From contig JAZREL010000062.1 in NCBI GenBank assembly GCA_045660785.1, forward strand, positions 11,716 through 75,715: a stretch of 64,000 bases of DNA, given 5' to 3'. The position numbers and the translations under genes were made by a program. This document shows, one piece after another, positions 57,381-64,000 of the stretch. How positions within the stretch are numbered: position 1 is the stretch's first letter; the number at the start of each line of letters is the position of its first letter. The stretch comes from Eubacteriales bacterium (lineage in GTDB: Bacteria; Bacillota; Clostridia; Oscillospirales; CAG-272). A model generated the notes under the pieces. The model was not told the origin of the DNA and searched no databases. It saw only the letters and a list, made by a program, of their open reading frames with translations.

Positions 57381-59459
57381 ATGGAAAATCAGTTTTTACC
57401 CATAACTAAAAATGAATGTCTGTCTCGCGGTTGGGATGAGGTTGATTTTGTGTACGTAAGCGGTGACGCGTACGTTGACCATCCGTCGTTTGGCACGGCA
57501 ATTATAACAAGAGTGCTCGAAAATGCGGGATTTAGGGTTGCGGTGCTTGCTCAGCCGGACTACAAAAGCTGCGAGGAGTTTAAGCGCTTTGGCAAGCCGC
57601 GTCTTGGATTTTTAGTTAGCGCGGGCAATATTGACTCAATGGTTGCACACTATACCGCATCAAAGAAAAAGCGCTCATACGATTACTACTCACCCGGTGG
57701 AAAAATGGGCAAGCGCCCTGACCGCGCGGTAATCGTTTACTGTAACAGAATAAGAGAGGCGTACGGGGATGTGCCCATTATTATCGGCGGCATTGAAGCG
57801 TCACTCAGAAGATTTTCCCACTATGATTATTGGGATGATAAAATCAGACGAAGCGTGCTTGTTGACTCGCGCGCGGATATTTTGACCTACGGTATGGGTG
57901 AATCAATTATTTTGCGACTCGCCACCTTGCTTGACAAGGGTGTGCCGATAAAGAAAATCAGAGCAGAGCGCGGATGCGTATATCTTTGCAAGCGCGAGGA
58001 TGAGGTGCATTTCCCCGTTGCGGCTGAATTTGACTTTAATAAAATAAAAGAGGACAAGCGCGAATATGCACGCGCGTTTGGCATACAGTACAAAAATCAA
58101 GATGCCATAAACGGCGGTGCAATTGTTGAATATTACGACAACAAAAAGCTTGTTCAAAACCCACCTGCTTACCCGCTTGAAAGGGACGAGCTTGACAAGG
58201 TTTATGACCTTCCGTACGTGAGAACGTACCACCCTGTGTACGAAAAAGAGGGTGGCGTGCCTGCAATCAGCGAGGTGCGCTTCTCAATTACACACAACCG
58301 CGGATGCTTCGGCGGCTGCAACTTCTGTGCTCTTGCGTTTCATCAGGGTAGAAGCGTGCGCTCACGTAGTATAGAAAGCGTTGTCAAGGAAGCGAAGATT
58401 ATCACCGAAATGAGTGACTTTAAGGGCTACATCCACGATATAGGCGGTCCAACGGCAAACTTCAGATACCCCGCCTGCAAAAAGCAGCTGAAGGACGGAG
58501 TTTGCACGGGCAGAAAGTGCTTAGCCCCGACCCCGTGTCCGAATTTGGAGGTTGACCACTCCGAATACATAGAGCTTTTAAAAGCCGTTGAAGCGCTCCC
58601 AAAGGTGAAAAAGGTGTTCATTCGCTCGGGAATTCGCTTTGACTATATGGTTTACGATAAGAGCGATGCATTTTTCAGAAAATTAGTACGTGACCACGTT
58701 AGCGGACAGCTAAAGGTTGCCCCTGAGCATTGCTCGGATGCGGTGCTTAGATGCATGGGCAAGCCAAGCGTGGCGGTTTACGATAAATTCCGCGAAAAAT
58801 ATTTCGCCTTGTGCCGTGAATATAACCTTGAGCAGTATATAGTACCGTATCTTATGTCCTCACACCCCGGCAGCACACCAAAGGACGCGGTTGAGCTTTC
58901 GCTTTACCTAAAGAGCATAGGACTAAATCCCGAGCAGGTGCAGGACTTTTACCCAACACCCGGCACGGCATCAACGGTTATGTACTACACAGGCATAAAC
59001 CCCTTGGACGGCAAAAGCGTTTACTGTCCTACCGAATATCGCGAAAAGTTAATGCAAAGGGCGCTTTTACAGTATAAAAAGCCCGAAAACAGAAACCTTG
59101 TAAGAGAAGCGCTTGCTTTGGCAGGGCGCGAGGATTTGATTGGCTTCGGTGGCGATTGCTTGGTAAAGCCCGATATGCGCGTGGGCGCTGAAAACTCCCC
59201 GTTTGGTATAAATCAAGTGTCAAGCGGAGCAAGGAAGGGTGCGCAAGCAAGCCAACAAAAGAGGTCAAGTGCCACGGGCGCAAAAAACGCGAAAAACACG
59301 AAAAATTCTCGTGGAAACGATAAAAATTCGCCCAAAAATACAAAAAATTCAAAGAAATTTTCAAAAGATTTTCTAAAGGGTGAGGGCACGCAAAAGCACA
59401 AAAATACCCCTAAAAACAGACACTTCCCCGCCAAAAATGCAAAAAAGACAAAACGCTGA
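57381..59459 (+). CDS. ygiQ: YgiQ family radical SAM protein
   Basis: GDAYVDHPSFG, GGIEASLRR, RGCFGGCNFC, LKVAPEH, QVQDFYPTP; basic low-complexity C-terminal tail. Confidence 0.93.
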   Translation: MENQFLPITKNECLSRGWDEVDFVYVSGDAYVDHPSFGTAIITRVLENAGFRVAVLAQPDYKSCEEFKRFGKPRLGFLVSAGNIDSMVAHYTASKKKRSYDYYSPGGKMGKRPDRAVIVYCNRIREAYGDVPIIIGGIEASLRRFSHYDYWDDKIRRSVLVDSRADILTYGMGESIILRLATLLDKGVPIKKIRAERGCVYLCKREDEVHFPVAAEFDFNKIKEDKREYARAFGIQYKNQDAINGGAIVEYYDNKKLVQNPPAYPLERDELDKVYDLPYVRTYHPVYEKEGGVPAISEVRFSITHNRGCFGGCNFCALAFHQGRSVRSRSIESVVKEAKIITEMSDFKGYIHDIGGPTANFRYPACKKQLKDGVCTGRKCLAPTPCPNLEVDHSEYIELLKAVEALPKVKKVFIRSGIRFDYMVYDKSDAFFRKLVRDHVSGQLKVAPEHCSDAVLRCMGKPSVAVYDKFREKYFALCREYNLEQYIVPYLMSSHPGSTPKDAVELSLYLKSIGLNPEQVQDFYPTPGTASTVMYYTGINPLDGKSVYCPTEYREKLMQRALLQYKKPENRNLVREALALAGREDLIGFGGDCLVKPDMRVGAENSPFGINQVSSGARKGAQASQQKRSSATGAKNAKNTKNSRGNDKNSPKNTKNSKKFSKDFLKGEGTQKHKNTPKNRHFPAKNAKKTKR

Positions 59460-59515
59460 CAGACTGTAAAAATCACACGAAAGCAACAAAAAACTACATT
59501 TGCCGAAAAAAATAC

Positions 59516-59544
59516 TTGACAAATGGGAAACTCGTGTGTATAAT
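59516..59544 (+). promoter_or_regulatory. sigma-A promoter of rpmH
   Basis: TTGACA, 17-bp spacer, TATAAT. Confidence 0.75.
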
Positions 59545-59629
59545 ATTACTTGTCTTAAAAGATTCGAGATAACAACTTTCAGATTGCGTATTCATTACGA
59601 CTTCCAATTTGAAACAAGGAGGTGCTAAT

Positions 59630-59764
59630 ATGTTAAGAACTTACCAACCTAAGAAACGCCAAAGAAAAAAAGAGCACGGCTTCAGAAAGAGAATGAAAAC
59701 TGCTGACGGCAGAAAGGTTTTGAAGAGAAGACGCGCTAAGGGCAGAGCAAGACTTACTTACTAA
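59630..59764 (+). CDS. rpmH: 50S ribosomal protein L34
   Basis: [54 protein letters not shown]; below the ORF-track cutoff. Confidence 0.97.
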   Translation: MLRTYQPKKRQRKKEHGFRKRMKTADGRKVLKRRRAKGRARLTY

Positions 59765-59964
59765 TTCAAATTGCGCATGCTTTAGATTCGGGACTGCATC
59801 TACTTATGCGGTCCCGATTTTTCATTTCTTGTATTTTTTGACAATTTATTGTCAAAGATAATTATGCTGTATATTACAGCGAAAAATTTAGTAATCGTGA
59901 TGGTAAAAGGTGCAGGGGTTTGCCTGCAGTAAATGGAATCATTTACAAAACGGAGGAAGCGGTT

Positions 59965-60348
59965 ATGAAGCATATAGCAATCGGAGAAAATCATTTATAC
60001 TCGAAAACCTACGCAAAGGGACAAAAATTCGTTGGCAAGCACGTAATAGTTTACGTTTTACGTGACCTTAAGGCAAAAAAGCTTATGCTTGCACACCCAC
60101 AAAAGCAGTATGTCAACCGCGTTGGTCTTACGGTTTCTAAAAAAATCGGCAAGGCACACGTAAGGAACAGGGTGAAAAGAATTTTGCGTGAGGGATTAAG
60201 ACAAGCGGAGAGAAATCTCGAAATCAAAAAGGGCAATTTAATTGTCCTCGTGGCAAAGGGCTCATGCGCATTTGCCAAAAGCACGGACGTTGCGCTCGAT
60301 ATGCAAAGGGCGTTTACGACCTTAAAAATGACAGTAGATAAAGTATGA
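59965..60348 (+). CDS. rnpA: ribonuclease P protein component
   Basis: [21 protein letters not shown] (RNR motif); ATG 59965 after GGAGG. Confidence 0.95.
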   Translation: MKHIAIGENHLYSKTYAKGQKFVGKHVIVYVLRDLKAKKLMLAHPQKQYVNRVGLTVSKKIGKAHVRNRVKRILREGLRQAERNLEIKKGNLIVLVAKGSCAFAKSTDVALDMQRAFTTLKMTVDKV

Positions 60349-60728
60349 AGAAGATACTACTATTCTTTCTAAAAGCGTACAAAAAGGTAATATCGCCGAT
60401 TTTGCCGCCATCCTGCCGCTTTACTCCGACCTGCTCGGAATATGCAATGGAGGCAATTACAAGGTTTGGCGCGATAAGGGGGACACTGCTCGGTGCATAC
60501 CGCTTGCTCAGGTGCAATCCGTTTTGCCGTGGCGGCTACGACCCTGTGCCTGAAAAATTCACCTTCAAAAGAGTGCGCACACAACCTTCTTCATATACCG
60601 ACACAGACGAAAGCTTTGATTTTTGCGACGGTGATTGCGAAAATTCAGAGCATCAAACAGACAGCCAAAATCCTTGTGAGGCGGCTGAATGTACCGCGAA
60701 AGCGGAAAACAAAGGAGAAAACAACTAA
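60345..60728 (+). CDS. yidD: membrane protein insertion efficiency factor
   Basis: [16 protein letters not shown]...RCNPF..GGYDPVP; acidic C-terminal extension. Confidence 0.95.
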   Translation: MKKILLFFLKAYKKVISPILPPSCRFTPTCSEYAMEAITRFGAIRGTLLGAYRLLRCNPFCRGGYDPVPEKFTFKRVRTQPSSYTDTDESFDFCDGDCENSEHQTDSQNPCEAAECTAKAENKGENN

Positions 60729-60730
60729 TT

Positions 60731-61831
60731 ATGATGGATTTATTAGCAGTTCCGTTTGGTTGGGTCTTAAAGGCATGCTACGCAATTTCAAATAACTATG
60801 TAATTGCACTTTTGATATTCTCAGTAGTAATGCAGATTTTGCTTTGCCCATTTGGTATTATCCAACAAAAAAATATGGTAAAGCAAGCGAAGATGCGACC
60901 AATGGAGTACATCATTCGTAAAAAGTACGCAGGCAGAACTGACCGTGCGACTCAACAAAAAATGCAAAATGAGATTATGGAGCTTTATCAAAAGGAGGGC
61001 TACTCCCCACTTAAGGGCTGTCTCCCTATGCTTTTGCAGCTCATTATCATTTTCCCACTTTACCAAGTAGTTATAAGACCGCTTCAATTCGTTGGCGGTA
61101 TTCCAAAGGCAGTATGTGCAAACATCGTTACTTGCTTTGAAAACTTCAAAAATGCAGACGGAGGCGCCGCATTCGAGCTTCCTAAGTCTGCAAAAGAGGT
61201 TTATATTTCAAATCTCATCAAGGACATGGATGCGGATAAGCTCAATGAGGTTCTCTCTCAGGTTGTAAACGACAAGGGCGAGACTGTTGTTTCCATGGAT
61301 CAAGCAGGCGAGGCACTTTACTACTTGACAAGCCGTATGGACAACATTCCAAACGTTTCAATCTTCGGTCAAAACCTTGGTGAACAGCCATTCTCCGCGT
61401 TTGGAGATTTCAAGGGACTTTGGTTCTTGCTTCTTATCCCTGTTATCAACCTTGGTCTTATGTACCTTTCACAGTTTATAACAAAGAAGCTCAACCCACA
61501 GGGACAAGAGCAAAACGCGGCTGCAGGCGGCGCTATGAACTCAATGAAGATTATGATGTGGACAATGCCACTTATGACCTTCTTCTTCACGTTCACGTTC
61601 CCTGCTGCAATCGGTGTTTACTGGATATTCAGAACACTTCTTTCAATGCTTCAGCAATTCCTTCTTTCAAAGATTTTCAAGCTTCCAACCTACACAGATG
61701 AGGAATTAAAGGCGCTTGAAAAGGAAATGAAGGATTCAAAGAGGGGACAAAGCAAGCGTCCCGACATCGTTTATAACAACGGTGAGCCAAGACAGTATAA
61801 GTCACTTCACCATATAGACGACGATGAATAA
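60731..61831 (+). CDS. yidC: membrane protein insertase YidC/Oxa1
   Basis: MELYQKEGYSPLKGCLPMLLQ, MMWTMPLM, PAAIGVYW; synteny with rnpA-yidD-jag. Confidence 0.93.
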   Translation: MMDLLAVPFGWVLKACYAISNNYVIALLIFSVVMQILLCPFGIIQQKNMVKQAKMRPMEYIIRKKYAGRTDRATQQKMQNEIMELYQKEGYSPLKGCLPMLLQLIIIFPLYQVVIRPLQFVGGIPKAVCANIVTCFENFKNADGGAAFELPKSAKEVYISNLIKDMDADKLNEVLSQVVNDKGETVVSMDQAGEALYYLTSRMDNIPNVSIFGQNLGEQPFSAFGDFKGLWFLLLIPVINLGLMYLSQFITKKLNPQGQEQNAAAGGAMNSMKIMMWTMPLMTFFFTFTFPAAIGVYWIFRTLLSMLQQFLLSKIFKLPTYTDEELKALEKEMKDSKRGQSKRPDIVYNNGEPRQYKSLHHIDDDE

Positions 61832-61853
61832 AATCTAAAGGAAACAATTTAAT

Positions 61854-62807
61854 ATGAAAACCGAATTTACACTACAAGCCAAAACGGTAGAGGAAGCGTA
61901 TGCTAAGGCAAACGAAATCTACTCATCCCTTGGCGAAATTTCAATCGAGGTATTAAACCCGGGCAAAAAGGGATTTTTGGGAATTGGCAGAGTGCTTGCA
62001 GAAATTAAGGTTATCGTAGATGACGGTAAGCCCGAGCGCAAGCAACCAAAGGAGCAAAAGCCAAGAGTAGAAAACAAGCCACAAAAGCCAATCGCTCCAA
62101 AGCAAGCTCAGCCAAAGCAAGAAAACAAGCAGGAGCCAAAGCCACAGAAGCAAAATGCTCCAAAGCAAGCTCAACCCAAGGCAGAAGCAAAGGCAGAGCC
62201 AAGAGAGGAAAACAAGCCACAAAAGCAAGCTCAACCAAAGGTAGCTCCCGTTGAGGACAAGATCCCTACAATTGAGGAAAAGGAAGAGCAAATTAACGTA
62301 ACCCTTAAGGAAAAGGAGCTTGCAGTAAACTTCTTAAAGAGCTTTATTGCTGACATCGGCTTCAACTGTGAGGTTAAGGCAGATATGACCGTTAACGAAA
62401 ACGGCTTCGTTCCACGTCTTATCACAATTGAGGGTGAGGACGCGCCAAGCTTGATCGGCCACAGAGGCGAAATGCTTGATGCACTTCAATACCTTTCCAA
62501 CCTTTGCTTAGCACGTAAGAGCGAGGGTGAGCACAAGGAATACGTAAGAGTAATTATCGATATTGAAAATTACCGCGAAAAGAGAGAAGCGACACTCCGC
62601 GCACTTGCAAGAAGAATGGCGCAAAAGGCACTTAAGTATCAAAGAAACGTGCTTCTTGAGCCAATGAATCCTTACGAGAGAATGATTATTCACTCCGAGG
62701 TTCAATCAATCGAGGGTGTTTCAACTCACTCAGTTGGCTACGATGACAACCGTAAGATTGTTATCACCTGCGAAAACAAGCGCAGAAACAACAATAATAA
62801 TAAATAA
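61854..62807 (+). CDS. jag: RNA-binding protein Jag/EloR/KhpB (Jag-KH-R3H)
   Basis: KTVEEA, KKGFLGIG, LIGHRGEMLDALQYL, LEPMNPYERMIIH. Confidence 0.95.
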   Translation: MKTEFTLQAKTVEEAYAKANEIYSSLGEISIEVLNPGKKGFLGIGRVLAEIKVIVDDGKPERKQPKEQKPRVENKPQKPIAPKQAQPKQENKQEPKPQKQNAPKQAQPKAEAKAEPREENKPQKQAQPKVAPVEDKIPTIEEKEEQINVTLKEKELAVNFLKSFIADIGFNCEVKADMTVNENGFVPRLITIEGEDAPSLIGHRGEMLDALQYLSNLCLARKSEGEHKEYVRVIIDIENYREKREATLRALARRMAQKALKYQRNVLLEPMNPYERMIIHSEVQSIEGVSTHSVGYDDNRKIVITCENKRRNNNNNK

Positions 62808-62896
62808 TAATGAAAAGACACTGACTGTTAAGTCGGTGTCTTTTTGTCTTGAATATATAAAAAACCCTCGGCATAAAACCGAGGGATTTTTAATGA

Positions 62897-63271
62897 TTAG
62901 ATTTCGTTTTTTGCTAAAGCATTAAGCATAATCTCTGCACTCTTTACGTTTGTTGCAAGCGGAATTGACTGAACGTCGCAAAGGCGCAAAAGTGCGGTAA
63001 CGTCGGGCTCGTGCGGTTGAGATGTGAGTGGGTCGCGAAGGAAAACGATTAAGTCAAGCTTTCCCTCAGCCACCATTGAGCCGATTTGTTGGTCACCGCC
63101 GAGAGGGCCGCTCTTCATACGGTTGATTGAAAGGCCTGTTTCTCCCATAACGAGAGTGCCCGTTGTGCCTGTTGCATAAAGCGTATGGAGCGCGAGCGTG
63201 TCCTTATACTTTATAGCAAGATTTATCATATCTGACTTTTTCTTATCGTGTGCAATAAGTGCTACTTTCAT
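62897..63271 (-). CDS. mgsA: methylglyoxal synthase
   Basis: [40 protein letters not shown]. Confidence 0.96.
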   Translation of the reverse strand: MKVALIAHDKKKSDMINLAIKYKDTLALHTLYATGTTGTLVMGETGLSINRMKSGPLGGDQQIGSMVAEGKLDLIVFLRDPLTSQPHEPDVTALLRLCDVQSIPLATNVKSAEIMLNALAKNEI

Positions 63272-63288
63272 TTTTTACCTCTTTTTTA

Positions 63289-64000
63289 TTAAATATTGCA
63301 TTTATAGGTTGCTTTTTTCTTTGTTGTTACAAGCTCCTCGCCGTTTGGAAGAGTGATGTGCTTTTTAACCTTATCGTTCTTGCTTTCAACGGTAATTTCA
63401 AACACGTCCCCCGTCTTTTTCCAAGAAACGGAGATTTCACCCGCGATTGAGTTTACAGTTCCCTTGGCGTATTTTCTGCCCTTTATGTATGGCTTGATTG
63501 AAACTGATTTTTCGTTTACGTCATAGGTTCTGACACCAAGCACGGTTGCGCTGAATTCGTAAATTGCAAGCGCGCCCCACGCGTGGCAATCACTGCGTGA
63601 GTAGGTTGGAGTTTCGGGCACGGTTGTGCAGTTAAGCTTCAAAAGACCTCTGTATGAATCCATCATCGCCTTTGTCTTGTCGTACATTCCGCAAATTTCA
63701 AGCGCACGGAAGTAGAAGTATGCAAACGCGTAGGTTGCTTTTGCATCAAGGTCAAGTGAATTTTTCATAATTGATTTTGCACGTCTGCCCGTTGCTGTGC
63801 CGCTAAGGACACACCAAGCTTGCATATGCTGTGAATACTTTGTGTGATCAAGGTTGTCGGAGAAGAGTCCCTTTTCCTTGTCCCAGAAGTATTTTACTGT
63901 GTTTTTCTTGAGCATATCGGCAGTGGCAAGATATTCGTTTGCTACGTCGCATCTGCCCGAGATCGCGTTTAGCTTTGCCGCGCACTGTAAGAAATATGCC
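63289..64000 (-). CDS. alpha-L-rhamnosidase (GH78), C-terminal part, 5' truncated by the window
   Basis: Frame open to the window edge; YSQHMQAW, TTVPE, RSDCHAW motif, GTV....GEISVSW C-terminal beta domain. Confidence 0.78.
   Translation of the reverse strand, partial: AYFLQCAAKLNAISGRCDVANEYLATADMLKKNTVKYFWDKEKGLFSDNLDHTKYSQHMQAWCVLSGTATGRRAKSIMKNSLDLDAKATYAFAYFYFRALEICGMYDKTKAMMDSYRGLLKLNCTTVPETPTYSRSDCHAWGALAIYEFSATVLGVRTYDVNEKSVSIKPYIKGRKYAKGTVNSIAGEISVSWKKTGDVFEITVESKNDKVKKHITLPNGEELVTTKKKATYKCNI

Noticed and set aside
59460..59630. oriC upstream of rpmH
   Set aside because: Short spacer, no dnaA and no TTATCCACA cluster visible.
932..63450. Numerous short antisense or overlapping ORFs in the six-frame track
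   Set aside because: They are shadows of well-supported genes on the opposite strand or in other frames, with no RBS or motifs.

Overview
Chromosomal window from a Clostridia-like (Bacillota) gut/rumen-type anaerobe, near the partitioning/origin region but without dnaA. Main blocks: (1) 0-6 kb: secreted SGNH protein, a small leader-like peptide, two candidate promoter-driven sRNAs, AraC, cyclase and GH43. (2) 6.4-22 kb: a complete glycyl-radical bacterial microcompartment operon (GRM5-like, fucose/rhamnose -> lactaldehyde -> 1,2-propanediol -> propionate/propanol) under an RpiR regulator, ending in a ParA ATPase plus a small disordered partner that resemble a McdAB-type organelle positioning system. 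(3) 22-33 kb: lipoproteins (M6-like metalloprotease, CotH-like), an internally deleted GH38 pseudogene and small metabolic genes. (4) 33-37 kb: parB, parA(soj), three perfect parS sites and a noc-like ParB paralogue. (5) 37.8-43.1 kb: an intact, stand-alone P22-like phage head/DNA-packaging module (large terminase, 52-aa ORF, portal, scaffold, major capsid) with no integrase, small terminase, tail or lysis genes, preceded by a direct-repeat promoter; this is a candidate domesticated, gene-transfer-agent-like system. (6) 43-64 kb: housekeeping genes (ACT/UPF0210, metY, metA, PrsA-like, mfd, pth, gdpP, rplI, dnaB, ygiQ, rpmH-rnpA-yidD-yidC-jag, mgsA, partial GH78). No rRNA, tRNA or CRISPR array was recognised. 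All calls come from motif recognition by eye; no database searches were run.
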